From the IMG/VR virus record IMGVR_UViG_3300029740_000238: a DNA stretch of 64,000 nucleotides; one strand, written 5' to 3'. This document shows positions 46,941 to 56,312 of this stretch, in pieces. Positions within the stretch are counted from its first letter, which is position 1. Each line of letters opens with the position of its first letter. The notes beneath the pieces were generated by a model. The model was given only the letters and a program-made list of their open reading frames with translations, ran no database searches and was not told the DNA's origin. The translations under genes and the position numbers were made by a program. The DNA is from a virus. Lineage: Duplodnaviria; Heunggongvirae; Uroviricota; Caudoviricetes.

Positions 46941-46980
46941 AAGGCTGCCGCCCATCACGGGTAGCAGCCTTCTTTTTTTG
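46941..46980. terminator. Bidirectional terminator
   Basis: AAGGCTGC ... GCAGCCTT perfect stem with T-runs on both strands. Confidence 0.65.
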
Positions 46981-46981
46981 T

Positions 46982-47416
46982 TTAGTGGGTGTCGTGGCAC
47001 ACATGCTCGAAATCGACGAGCAGCTCATTTGCTGCCTTTTGCACACATGCTATGGCCGGTTCATCCTTGACTTTTTCAGGTAAAAGGATAAGGCACGGAC
47101 GGTTAATATCAGTTGAGCTGCTATAGTGGCAGGAGAGCAACTCTTCTCCAAATTCGTGATTAAGGGCGGAGGCAAGACATTTACCGAGCAAAGCACAATC
47201 CTCATCTTTCGCCAAAAGCCTATCCGCCTCATCGTAGTTAATGCGGCCGTTATCGAGACATATACGGTCAAGAAATGCACGAACAGAAGCAGATGCGCTC
47301 ATGGCATCTATAGTCTGACGATGATTCTCAAGAAAAATGCAAAATATCGGCTTTTCGATTTCATCCAAGTAAAAGCCAAGGCCGGTAATACGGGTATTGG
47401 TATCGGTTTGTGTCAT
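46982..47416 (-). CDS. Hypothetical protein
   Basis: The second in-frame ATG (47416) has RBS GGATGAGGTG. 144 aa. Confidence 0.5.
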   Translation of the reverse strand: MTQTDTNTRITGLGFYLDEIEKPIFCIFLENHRQTIDAMSASASVRAFLDRICLDNGRINYDEADRLLAKDEDCALLGKCLASALNHEFGEELLSCHYSSSTDINRPCLILLPEKVKDEPAIACVQKAANELLVDFEHVCHDTH

Positions 47417-47470
47417 AGGAAACACCTCATCCATTATGGCAGCGAATCACCTTGCCGCATTCAGAACAAC

Positions 47471-49357
47471 TCACTGAACAACTTCGCCAAGGTCATTTGC
47501 GTATTTCGGGTCACACATCATGAAATAGTTGACGGGGCCGTACTCCAGACCGAGCTCCTGCGCGTATGCCTTGATGACTTCCAGAACGTCCTCTTTCTTG
47601 AGATTATACTTGGAATGCAGACGGGCAAACTCTTTGTCAGAGACAGAAACGCAAGAGCAATTTTCTGCATCGGTTTCTTTGCTGCCCAGCATCCCGTCAA
47701 AGATGTCCTGCCCTGCACAGAGAATCGTCTCATTGTTCATCGCATAGGCGATAACGGAAGCCTTACAGTCAAAGTCGCTGTCTTCCACAAGGAAATCCTC
47801 AGGGCGGCCGTGACGTTCAACAACGTTTTCATAGATGTCCCGGAGTTCGATAGGAGCAGAAGGAGCGGTCAGCGCTGCTTTATGAAGGCGCATGAATTCC
47901 ACAAACTTTTCATCCGAGAGGGTATCGGTATAAAAGCCGATGCCGGAAACGCGAACCTTCACTTCGCTGGCAAAGTAATCGTTAATTTTGGAGACGATTT
48001 TCTGCTGGACCCGCTTGTATGCTTCCTGAACATTGGAAGCCGTGTAAAATACCGGGAACTTCATGATGTCGATTCCCTCCGGCAGACTCGCGTCATAGGC
48101 CGCATCAATGCCGCCCCGCAGCGCCGGAACCGCGTCATGCAGCTCTTTCACAGAAGAAATGTATCCGGTAATGTACAGCTCATCGTTTTTGCTGTAATGC
48201 CCGATAAGTCCCACATAGAGGGTCTGCATCAGCATCCGCTTGAAGCTGAACCAACATAGACGAATGGGTAGAATGACATTAGCAGCCGTACCTTCCGCAC
48301 GATAGGTGCCGGGGGCAGAGACCTTTTCCAGCAGAATCTGGTCGTTCTTGTCACCGTATTTTTCCTTGAAAAGAGCTTGAAGAATTTCAGTGGACGAAAG
48401 AGGAGTGGACATTGGAATCGTTTCATTCAGAAAAGAGAGGAATGCATCCACGTTGTCTTTCTGCCATGCGTCATCAGACATGCTTGCACGCTGCATAGAG
48501 AGCTTGTCTTTCCCGTCGTCAGGCAAGGGCTCATACCCACAGGCGATACGAAGCTCGTTCTCCGTGACAGCATCCGTTGCGCTTGCAATTTTCTTGATGG
48601 TATTTTCGGTCGGCTGAGCTTTTGCGTTGCCATTCACGAGGCTGCTGATATACCCACGAGTCAGTCCTGCCTGAAACGCAAACTTACCCTGTGTTCGGGT
48701 TCCGATGGCTTTTTTGACCAGCGATGCCAGCCTTTGAAAGTCGGGCTCTTTGGGAAAGGTGGCCTCCGTATCCTTATTGCTGTTCTTTTCAAGTACCGAC
48801 TTGTCCCAACCGGTGACAAGAGAATACCCAATATCCTTCAAGGATTGATAGGCAACCCCGTTCTGGTCAAGAGCCGGGGAGTATGTACCGCTGTTATCTT
48901 CCAGCTGCTCTACAGCGTCACGCACCATCCTTGCTTCGTTCATCAGGATGACGTCCGGGGCTTCAAGCCGGGCAAGACTCTTGTACCGATTATTGAGGCG
49001 CTCGACTCGTGCGGCCAATGCAGTGATGTTGGCAACTTGGTCTTCCGTTGCATGGGCAGAGATATCTGCACCAAGTTCAAAATGGTTCAGTGCAGGAATA
49101 TCCACGCCTTTGCTCTTGGCGAATTCCACAATGGCTTCCGCGCCATAGAAACGCTTCTCATGGGCTGCGACAACTTTCGTTATCGTGTCGGCCGAGTTGT
49201 CCAGCTCAAGCACTTCACCTTTTCCGGCATCCTCGACATAACACCTGGCGTTGGTGAGAAAGCCTTTCAAAAAATCAGCATCCACATCCAGCTTCTTAGC
49301 GATGCCGGGCAGCTGCTTATAGAAAATCACGGGCGTGGCGAGGTTAACAGAAATCAT
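47471..49357 (-). CDS. Large hypothetical protein with a central XRE-type helix-turn-helix
   Basis: 628 aa. KFAFQAGLTRGYISSLVNG resembles an HTH_XRE segment. Divergent from hsdM. Confidence 0.55.
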   Translation of the reverse strand: MISVNLATPVIFYKQLPGIAKKLDVDADFLKGFLTNARCYVEDAGKGEVLELDNSADTITKVVAAHEKRFYGAEAIVEFAKSKGVDIPALNHFELGADISAHATEDQVANITALAARVERLNNRYKSLARLEAPDVILMNEARMVRDAVEQLEDNSGTYSPALDQNGVAYQSLKDIGYSLVTGWDKSVLEKNSNKDTEATFPKEPDFQRLASLVKKAIGTRTQGKFAFQAGLTRGYISSLVNGNAKAQPTENTIKKIASATDAVTENELRIACGYEPLPDDGKDKLSMQRASMSDDAWQKDNVDAFLSFLNETIPMSTPLSSTEILQALFKEKYGDKNDQILLEKVSAPGTYRAEGTAANVILPIRLCWFSFKRMLMQTLYVGLIGHYSKNDELYITGYISSVKELHDAVPALRGGIDAAYDASLPEGIDIMKFPVFYTASNVQEAYKRVQQKIVSKINDYFASEVKVRVSGIGFYTDTLSDEKFVEFMRLHKAALTAPSAPIELRDIYENVVERHGRPEDFLVEDSDFDCKASVIAYAMNNETILCAGQDIFDGMLGSKETDAENCSCVSVSDKEFARLHSKYNLKKEDVLEVIKAYAQELGLEYGPVNYFMMCDPKYANDLGEVVQ

Positions 49358-49592
49358 GGTGTACTCCTTTCAAATGTGTCATTTGCTGTATAATAATGTC
49401 ATCTTCTGTAATTATAATAGCACATCTCGTACTAAAAAGCAAGCATGAATTTACAATAAATGACAAGAAAATACACGAGATGACATATTTGGGCAAAGCG
49501 GTTGATTTTTGGCATTTCCTGTTCAGCAACGGAACAAGTCCCATGTGCCTTGTCTTTGTCACGGCTTTGCCATATTTTTGCCTTGTGCATCC

Positions 49593-49610
49593 GTGCGAAT
49601 TGAATATGAT
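49593..49610 (+). promoter_or_regulatory. Recurrent promoter-like motif variant GTGCGAATTGAATATGAT
   Basis: Family member upstream of hsdM. Confidence 0.4.
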
Positions 49611-49635
49611 GGGAAATATAAAATAAATAAGTGTA

Positions 49636-49672
49636 AGCCGCAGAGATTATGTTTCTGCGGCTCTTTCTTTTG
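49636..49672 (+). terminator. Leader hairpin plus T-run between the promoter-like motif and hsdM
   Basis: Perfect 9-bp stem AGCCGCAGA / TCTGCGGCT followed by CTTTCTTTTG. Confidence 0.5.
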
Positions 49673-49730
49673 TGGTCCCCATGCGGATGAAAATGTCTGC
49701 GTGGGGATTTTAATTTTAGGAGAATCTATT

Positions 49731-51548
49731 ATGGTAAAAGCATTTCGCACGGAAGACGAAGTTCGTGACAGTGCCAAGCTGGTTCTTGGCTTTGATAGGG
49801 AGGAATCCGGCGTACAGCAGGGAACGGGGCAAATCACTACCTTCAACCAGCTGGGATTCCGTGGCTGTAATGATAAGCCCGATGGCTGGTATCTGCCGGA
49901 TGACGCCAGCAAACCCGCCATCATTCTCGAAACGAAATCGGAAGCAGAAGGCGTTTCCAAGGAAAAGCATGTCAAGGAACTGTTCAAGAACATCGATGTA
50001 GTTGCCAAGAAATACTCCAAGACCATCGGTATTCTTTATAGCGGCAGTGCTATCCGCGTGTTCAAGAACAAAATCGAGCTGTCTGATGCGTCCAAGCGCT
50101 TGGAAAACAAGGACTACTACATCCGCCTGTGTACGAGCCAGAAACTCGACAGCAACTACATCTTCGAAATCACGCAGAAAATCAACAACAGCCTGCATTT
50201 CAAGTTCGGCATGACGGACTTGCAGGACCGGATGATTTTTACGGCTTGTGCCCTTGTCGCCCAGCGTTTTCACCCTCAACAAGGATTAAAACAACTCAAA
50301 GGCATGAGTTTTGAAATGTTTAAAAAGTGGATTCTTGATACATTAGAAAATGAACTCAAAAATGATATAAAGAAAAATGAAAAACTCGAAATTTTGATAA
50401 AAGAATACGAAAGCATTACAGTGTCAATCGAAAAAACGGAAGCTATTAACGATTTCATTGATAATGTCTGCAAAATTGCTGACCTCGTAAATTCCGATGG
50501 TTGGAATGGCGAAGATGTCATGGCAATCTTCTTCAATGAGTTCAACCGTTATCGCGGTAAAGCTCAGGCGGGACAGGTGTTTACTCCTGACCATATTGCA
50601 TCGTTTATGTACCGACTCATTGATGTGAATATGAATGACCGGGTTCTGGATGCCACCTGTGGTTCCGGCACCTTCCTCGTAAAGAGCATGTGCAATATGA
50701 TTCGTGAGGCAGGCGGCAGCAACACCAGCAAGGCAAAGCAAATCAAGTCTGAGCAGTTGTTTGGTATCGAGATGTACCGGAAAGTCTACGCTCTGGCTTG
50801 CGCAAACATGATGATTCATAAGGATGGCAAAACTAATCTTGTCCAGATGGATGCAAAATCACAGGAGGCATCAGATTGGATTAAAAAGCAGCGCATTACC
50901 AAAGTTTTAATGAACCCGCCGTATGAACGTAAATACGGTTGCGCAACAATCGTCTCCAATGTGCTGGACAGCGTTCCTGCCGGTACGAAGTGTGCCTTCA
51001 TTCTCCCGGATAAGAAAATAGAGAAGGAATCCAAGCTGAAAGCCTTGCTGGAACGCCATACCCTGACCACCATCATCAAGCTGCCTGAAAATCTTTTCTT
51101 CGGTCTGGGCGTTACTACTTCCATCTTCATTTTTGAAACCGGCAAGCCGCAGAATGGACGCAACATCAAGGGCTACTATGTAGCTGATGACGGTCTGGAG
51201 ACGGTCAAGAACAAGGGTCGGCAGGATGTACACGACAAGTGGCCTGCGCTGGAAGATTACTGGGTCAAGGCAATTCAGGATGACAACGATGACCGCTACA
51301 ACACCCGCCAGCTTATCAATCCGGCTAAACACCTGTCCTATCAGATGCCGGAGAAGCCTTTTGAATTGTACGAGGAAGATTTCATTAAGACCGTGATGGA
51401 CTACGAGATGTACAAGCGTGGCATCAACGCCAAGGAGTTCGGAGACAAACTGCTGCAGAAGGTGCTCTACGGTTCGACTGTGACCGGCACGGAGGAAGGC
51501 ACGAACATTCTGGTAGAGAAGGGAGAGGACAATAATGGGGAAGATTGA
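49731..51548 (+). CDS. hsdM: Type I restriction-modification N6-adenine DNA methyltransferase subunit (HsdM-like)
   Basis: Motif I LDATCGSGTFL and motif IV NPPY. RBS TTAGGAGAA. Overlaps hsdS. Confidence 0.8.
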   Translation: MVKAFRTEDEVRDSAKLVLGFDREESGVQQGTGQITTFNQLGFRGCNDKPDGWYLPDDASKPAIILETKSEAEGVSKEKHVKELFKNIDVVAKKYSKTIGILYSGSAIRVFKNKIELSDASKRLENKDYYIRLCTSQKLDSNYIFEITQKINNSLHFKFGMTDLQDRMIFTACALVAQRFHPQQGLKQLKGMSFEMFKKWILDTLENELKNDIKKNEKLEILIKEYESITVSIEKTEAINDFIDNVCKIADLVNSDGWNGEDVMAIFFNEFNRYRGKAQAGQVFTPDHIASFMYRLIDVNMNDRVLDATCGSGTFLVKSMCNMIREAGGSNTSKAKQIKSEQLFGIEMYRKVYALACANMMIHKDGKTNLVQMDAKSQEASDWIKKQRITKVLMNPPYERKYGCATIVSNVLDSVPAGTKCAFILPDKKIEKESKLKALLERHTLTTIIKLPENLFFGLGVTTSIFIFETGKPQNGRNIKGYYVADDGLETVKNKGRQDVHDKWPALEDYWVKAIQDDNDDRYNTRQLINPAKHLSYQMPEKPFELYEEDFIKTVMDYEMYKRGINAKEFGDKLLQKVLYGSTVTGTEEGTNILVEKGEDNNGED

Positions 51549-52602
51549 TACTTCCGAATGGAAGAAGTTCCGGGTAGGAGATTTGTTCGAGGCTTGCCTT
51601 TCAAAAGATGATATTCAGCCAAAAGATTTTGTCGAAGGGAAAATTCCGCTTGTATCTTCTGGCAAAGAAAACAATGGCATTATTGCGTTTGTTGAAGATA
51701 AGAAAGCGCGGCTGTGGGAAGCAAATACCTTGACCATCGACATGTTTGGAAAAGTATTTTATCAAGAAAATCCGTACTTTGCCGTTTCTCATGGACGCGT
51801 AAACATCCTGTTGCCAAAAATCAGTATGACAAAAGGGTGCCTTCAGTTTATGGGGTGTGCAATCGAAAAAGTTACGTTACAGAAATACGCATTTAACGAA
51901 ATGTGTACAGGCACTAAAGTTCTGAAGGATAACATCAAACTCCCAGCCACCCCTGACGGTGCCCCAGATTGGGCTTATATGGAATCCTACATGGCAAACC
52001 TTGAAACCAAAGTTGCCGAGTCTATGACCCTGCTGCAGGCTGCGAAGAATGCGGAAAAGAAAAAGGTGGATACAAGGGAGTGGGGAGAGTTCCGGGTAGG
52101 GGAGTTGTTTGAAGTAAAAATCAGCAAAAGCGTTGACAAAGGCGAATTGGAATTTGCTGAAGATGGAGAATATGACTTTATTGGTAGAACCCCTTTGAAT
52201 AATGGAATTCAGGGGAGATTGAACAAATTAAAGTTTGAAGCTAACCAAGAAGGCACATATTCTATTGCTCAAATTGGAATGCATGTTTGTCAATATAGAG
52301 AAAGAAAATGGTATGCAAGCCAAAATATATTTGTTTTAACGCCTTTTGCGGAGAAATCACATAAAGCAAACAAGTTCATCGCGACTATCATCACTAGATA
52401 TTTGGATTGCGCCTATGGAGAGGATACTTACGCTACATATCCAACCGCAAAAACACTGCCTCATCTTAAAATTAAGCTTCCTGTGGACAAGACCGGCCAG
52501 CCTGACTGGGCGTATATGGAGGAGTATATGAGGAAGATGGAAGAACGGGTGAAGGTAATGATGGGAAAATATGAAATGACAGTAAATGAGGCTGCTTTAT
52601 GA
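51535..52602 (+). CDS. hsdS: Type I restriction-modification specificity subunit (HsdS) with two target-recognition domains
   Basis: Duplicated halves, each with EW(K/G)xFRVG(D/E)LFE and LPxxxxGxPDWAYMExYM conserved regions. Confidence 0.85.
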   Translation: MGKIDTSEWKKFRVGDLFEACLSKDDIQPKDFVEGKIPLVSSGKENNGIIAFVEDKKARLWEANTLTIDMFGKVFYQENPYFAVSHGRVNILLPKISMTKGCLQFMGCAIEKVTLQKYAFNEMCTGTKVLKDNIKLPATPDGAPDWAYMESYMANLETKVAESMTLLQAAKNAEKKKVDTREWGEFRVGELFEVKISKSVDKGELEFAEDGEYDFIGRTPLNNGIQGRLNKLKFEANQEGTYSIAQIGMHVCQYRERKWYASQNIFVLTPFAEKSHKANKFIATIITRYLDCAYGEDTYATYPTAKTLPHLKIKLPVDKTGQPDWAYMEEYMRKMEERVKVMMGKYEMTVNEAAL

Positions 52603-53414
52603 TTGATGTCAATGGTCCGCAAGCACAATATGACGCGGAAGAACGGTGCCTGAAAATTGCCAGAACGGCGGCAAAGTATGAATACACAAAAAATGTTATT
52701 CAAGAAATCATTGGAGATAACATTGTAGAACCAACACGGTCAAATGCTCCATTAGACTTCGTAATTAAAGATAAAAATGCAGACATGCCAGTAGGCGGGA
52801 TTGAGCATTTTCATGTAAGCCTCATATACGAAGGTGCTGAAGGAAACCAATTGAAAAGCACTGCGAAAAAACATGAAGAGCAGACAAAAGAACTTTTTAA
52901 TAAGCACGAAAATTCAAGTGAACCTCAAGAATTAAGCACTGCATTTAATGAATTGTTGCTTTTGACAAGCGACTCAATAAATGACAGAAGGAAATTCGAT
53001 TACAAAAACTATATAAAACAATTCAGTTACCAAACAGAGAAACATTTCAGCAAAATTCGTAGTTATTGTGAAACGGCGCAATGTAGTCCTGACAAAGTAG
53101 CGTTTATGATAGAAATAGTTGTTCCTAATTGTGCTGAATGGAATACAATCAACTATAAAACGCAAAGATTTGAAGCCTTACCATACGAAAAATTTCCAAT
53201 AACACAGGATGTAATCAATATCATTGAAAGCGGGAAAACCCAAGGAATAAAATATGTCCTACTTGTTGTTCATGACGAATTTGGAAGTGAGACTAAAATA
53301 GTTTACGCATTTGATGTCAACGATATTGAAACCTCTTGTAAGGCGCAAAACATCACAATATATGAATGTTTCGCGCCAAAGCCACTGTTGGCAAAAATAC
53401 AGGTGCTTTATTAG
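52599..53414 (+). CDS. Hypothetical protein translationally coupled to hsdS (not an HsdR)
   Basis: ATGA overlap with hsdS. 271 aa. No helicase motifs. Confidence 0.5.
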   Translation: MIDVNGPQAQYDAEERCLKIARTAAKYEYTKNVIQEIIGDNIVEPTRSNAPLDFVIKDKNADMPVGGIEHFHVSLIYEGAEGNQLKSTAKKHEEQTKELFNKHENSSEPQELSTAFNELLLLTSDSINDRRKFDYKNYIKQFSYQTEKHFSKIRSYCETAQCSPDKVAFMIEIVVPNCAEWNTINYKTQRFEALPYEKFPITQDVINIIESGKTQGIKYVLLVVHDEFGSETKIVYAFDVNDIETSCKAQNITIYECFAPKPLLAKIQVLY

Positions 53415-53444
53415 AAGCATACAAAATCAGCGAGGTAGAAGACA

Positions 53445-53834
53445 ATGTTTAACACTAAGAAAACCGTCCGCCAAAACATTCACGGAAGTGAAGCAACTTA
53501 CTCCGGAACCGTGACCACCGTCACCCACAAGACCATCGTGGTCTTCATCCCGGCGCTCGATATCGATGTGGATGTCCAGCGTAACCCCGATGCATCCGTC
53601 CAGAACGGTTCTGTCCCCGAAGTAGGGGATATCGCAACCGTGCAGATTGTGCTCGAAGACGGCGACTATACCGCTACCGCTGCCACGTTCGTGCCACAGC
53701 AGGACATCAGGGAAGACATTCCCGTCACTGATGACGACTTCTTTGATGACGATTTGGATGATGAAAAAGCAGAGGAGTATGACTGGTACAACGAGCCTCC
53801 TGCAGATGATTTTGGCAACTTAGATATTGACTGA
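53445..53834 (+). CDS. Small hypothetical protein with an acidic C-terminus
   Basis: 129 aa. Confidence 0.45.
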   Translation: MFNTKKTVRQNIHGSEATYSGTVTTVTHKTIVVFIPALDIDVDVQRNPDASVQNGSVPEVGDIATVQIVLEDGDYTATAATFVPQQDIREDIPVTDDDFFDDDLDDEKAEEYDWYNEPPADDFGNLDID

Positions 53835-53961
53835 GTTATTGATAATGATAATTGCAAATCAAAAAAATGAATGGTATAATGTAAATAATACAAACCGCCA
53901 TCCCGCACCAAATTCAAATACCAACAATCCAAACAAATCCCATCATGAAAGGAGCCATACC

Positions 53962-54426
53962 ATGTCCACCCTCAAAAACGGCGAGTTCGGCATCGATTTG
54001 GACAAGGAGAAAATTCTCTGGACTGACCGCAAACGCCACACTATCTTTTCTCTGCCGCTGTCCTTTACGAAGTACACCCTTACCGAGACCAAACTCATCA
54101 TCCAGCGTGGCTGCTTTAACCTGCGCGAGGATGAAATTCAGCTGTACCGCGTCCGGGACATCGCGTTCAAGCAGAACTTCTATGAACGCCTTTGCCGTGT
54201 TGGCAGCATCCATCTCTGCTCCACAGATGCCATGACACCTGAAATCGATATCCGTCGTATCAAGAACCCGCGCGATGTCAAGGAAGTACTTTCTAAGACC
54301 ATCGAGGCTTGCCGGAAAGCAAACGGTATCCGTACTTCGGAAATCATCGGGGACCATGGCCACTTCCCCGAGCCTGACCTGCATGGTATGCCACCTGAAC
54401 CCTGCCACGAACATCCTCATGACTAA
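53962..54426 (+). CDS. Bacterial PH-domain-like protein (bPH_2/YdbT-like fold)
   Basis: LWTDRKRHTIFSL ... ETKLIIQRG ... EIQLYRVRDI pattern. RBS GAAAGGAG. Confidence 0.5.
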   Translation: MSTLKNGEFGIDLDKEKILWTDRKRHTIFSLPLSFTKYTLTETKLIIQRGCFNLREDEIQLYRVRDIAFKQNFYERLCRVGSIHLCSTDAMTPEIDIRRIKNPRDVKEVLSKTIEACRKANGIRTSEIIGDHGHFPEPDLHGMPPEPCHEHPHD

Positions 54427-54430
54427 TACA

Positions 54431-54470
54431 AGCCCGTACAGATTCGATTCTGTGCGGGCTATTTTTTTTG
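54431..54470 (+). terminator. Rho-independent terminator
   Basis: AGCCCGTACAGA ... TCTGTGCGGGCT stem plus T8. Confidence 0.7.
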
Positions 54471-54514
54471 TTTACAAAGAAATTTAAAATCCGGTCTGGT
54501 CGGATTCATGAGGC

Positions 54515-54703
54515 ATGACGGTTGACCGATTATGCGAACCTCATACAAGTCAACTACCCAACCTGAAGGAGGGGTGTACTAAGATTGGCCTTGAATACAA
54601 GCAGGTTAGCAGCTTCTCCGACCACATGCAGCGGATGACTGTTGAGGAGTTTGGCGAACGCCTGAAGGAACAGTGGAAGGTTTTGATGAGAGACCTGAAA
54701 TAA
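54515..54703 (+). CDS. Small hypothetical protein (doubtful)
   Basis: 62 aa with a weak RBS. Confidence 0.25.
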   Translation: MTVDRLCEPHTSQLPNLKEGCTKIGLEYKQVSSFSDHMQRMTVEEFGERLKEQWKVLMRDLK

Positions 54704-54722
54704 ACTGCCACCGAAAAGAATA

Positions 54723-54755
54723 ACCTACCTGCCACAAGCAGGTGGGTCTTTTTGT
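54723..54755 (+). terminator. Rho-independent terminator
   Basis: ACCTACCTGC ... GCAGGTGGGT stem plus CTTTTTG. Confidence 0.6.
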
Positions 54756-54844
54756 ACTGGCAGCAGCCTAAAGAGGAGGGAGCCGCCCAATGGAATACCT
54801 ATTCCAGAACGTCTTAAATTGACTCGTGGTGCGATTCGCATAGA

Positions 54845-55081
54845 ATGAAAAGAAATGAAATAGAAAGCGAGATGAGTATAATGTTTGCCATGTGTCGAGA
54901 TGGCTCAGCCGTTCATGTCTTTGGGAACACCATAAGTGTCAGCGGCCGGGGCATGAGCGAAACCTATATTTTGTGCGGGAACATGCTCATGGGCCCACGC
55001 GGATTCAGGTCGATGAACTGCAGGAGCATCGACGAGGCGTTTTGCCTGGTGTGCGGTGTACACGGCGGCAAGAATTGGTGA
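54845..55081 (+). CDS. Small hypothetical protein (doubtful)
   Basis: 78 aa with no clear RBS. Confidence 0.2.
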   Translation: MKRNEIESEMSIMFAMCRDGSAVHVFGNTISVSGRGMSETYILCGNMLMGPRGFRSMNCRSIDEAFCLVCGVHGGKNW

Positions 55082-55090
55082 AGCAAAATC

Positions 55091-55171
55091 CTTGATTTGT
55101 GTTGTTTTCGGGGGTGTGTTAAGGTCTTGATTTGTGTAGGATTTTACCCTTTCATAGGTCTTGATTTGTGT
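55091..55171. repeat. Three direct repeats of CTTGATTTGTGT spaced 34-35 bp apart
   Basis: Copies at 55091, 55126 and 55160, seen directly. Confidence 0.7.
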
Positions 55172-55234
55172 TAAGTCCTGAGACAAATACAAGAAATCGC
55201 GAACCCGATATAAGAAATTTTGTATTGCTACAGC

Positions 55235-55252
55235 GTGCGAATTGCATACAAT
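55235..55252 (+). promoter_or_regulatory. Recurrent promoter-like motif GTGCGAATTGCATACAAT (near-consensus copy)
   Basis: Lies 49 nt upstream of the 55301 start. A TTGCTA hexamer sits 17 nt upstream of TACAAT. Confidence 0.5.
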
Positions 55253-55300
55253 AAAAGATGTCGAAAGATAAACCACAACACACAAAAAGGAGATTTTAAC

Positions 55301-55621
55301 ATGAGCACTAGCATTCTGAAACTTGAAGCCACTGTAATCCGTCCCAAAGATTTTGACGAACTCGACGGCCTCGCCGCTTCCATCAGCTTCCCTGTCGAAT
55401 ACGATGATGAAGCAATTGGTGAGGCCCTGGGCGACCAGGACCTAATGGCCTATGTCGTCGGAGAGCTGCACGACCTCGTTGTCCGTATGCGTCCCGAATG
55501 GCTGGATAACGAGGATACCAGCCTGACCATCAAGGCATTCCTGGACGACGCCGAGTGCCAGAAGTTTAAGGGCCTTGTTGCAATGAAAGAGGGCAGCTAC
55601 ACCTTCGACCTTGAAGGCTAA
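55301..55621 (+). CDS. Hypothetical acidic protein
   Basis: 106 aa. RBS AAAAAGGAGA. Confidence 0.55.
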   Translation: MSTSILKLEATVIRPKDFDELDGLAASISFPVEYDDEAIGEALGDQDLMAYVVGELHDLVVRMRPEWLDNEDTSLTIKAFLDDAECQKFKGLVAMKEGSYTFDLEG

Positions 55622-55642
55622 ACACAACAGTGCAAAAGCAAA

Positions 55643-55680
55643 CCCTGCTCGCAGCAAAATGCGGGTAGGACTTTTTTGTT
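55643..55680 (+). terminator. Rho-independent terminator
   Basis: CCCTGCTCGCA ... TGCGGGTAGG stem plus TTTTTTG. Confidence 0.55.
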
Positions 55681-55735
55681 TGCGTAGCTGCATCCTTTTG
55701 CCCGCAGAAACCGTAGGTGCCAGGATGCGTAGCTG
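55681..55735. repeat. Second cluster of GCGTAGC / ACCGTAGGT motifs
   Basis: TGCGTAGCTGC ... AACCGTAGGTGC ... TGCGTAGCTGCC; the same motifs as at 11878-12073. Confidence 0.65.
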
Positions 55736-55755
55736 CCGACATGGCTTGACCTGAT

Positions 55756-55793
55756 GTGCGAGGCTCGTACAATCAGATTTGTACGACAGATAT
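55756..55793 (+). promoter_or_regulatory. Promoter-like motif GTGCGAGGCTCGTACAAT with an inverted partner ATTTGTACGACAGATA
   Basis: Family member of the palindromic subtype. Confidence 0.45.
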
Positions 55794-55861
55794 CAAACAC
55801 AAAATAGGGTTTACATTGAGCTGCTCAGTGGCCTTATGGCTGTTGGGTAGCTTTTTCTTTT

Positions 55862-55879
55862 GTGCGAGTTGCGTACAAT
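55862..55879 (+). promoter_or_regulatory. Recurrent promoter-like motif GTGCGAGTTGCGTACAAT
   Basis: Lies 25 nt upstream of the lipoprotein gene start. Confidence 0.45.
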
Positions 55880-55903
55880 AAAAACCAAGCGGAGGAAACG
55901 ACG

Positions 55904-56311
55904 ATGAAAAAATTTATTGGAATTGTTTTAGTGTTGTGCTGCCTGGCTCTACCTTTGGCTGGCTGTGAGGACGCAATCAGCACTGTGACAAGTACCACAA
56001 TGTCTGAACTCGAAGATATTCCGAGTCAGATATTGTCTACACCAGAAAGTGCTGAGACAGTACCGGAATACAATTACATTCATTTTCGCTACGACAATAT
56101 TTGGACCGTATCCGCTCTCGTAAGCTACGAAATCGTGGACAACGGGCAAAACATCAAGTTTGAAATCAACGATAGCCGTTATCGTGATAAAGTCTTTTAT
56201 ACCAGCATGTCCAATGTCGAGCTCGTATACCGCGACGATAGCGTTGATTATCGCACGGACTATGCTGTTTATCCGGGTAACACCTCGAAGTTTGACAGGA
56301 AGGGAAAATGA
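55904..56311 (+). CDS. Small lipoprotein
   Basis: MKKFIGIVLVLCCLALPLAGC lipobox. RBS GCGGAGGAA. Confidence 0.65.
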   Translation: MKKFIGIVLVLCCLALPLAGCEDAISTVTSTTMSELEDIPSQILSTPESAETVPEYNYIHFRYDNIWTVSALVSYEIVDNGQNIKFEINDSRYRDKVFYTSMSNVELVYRDDSVDYRTDYAVYPGNTSKFDRKGK

Positions 56312-56312
56312 C

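Noticed and set aside
47126-49393. Plus-strand ORFs of 377 aa and 338 aa (47126-48259 and 48377-49393) opposite the 628-aa gene.
   Set aside because: Both are antisense fragments of the long minus-strand gene. They lack RBSs and show no motif content.
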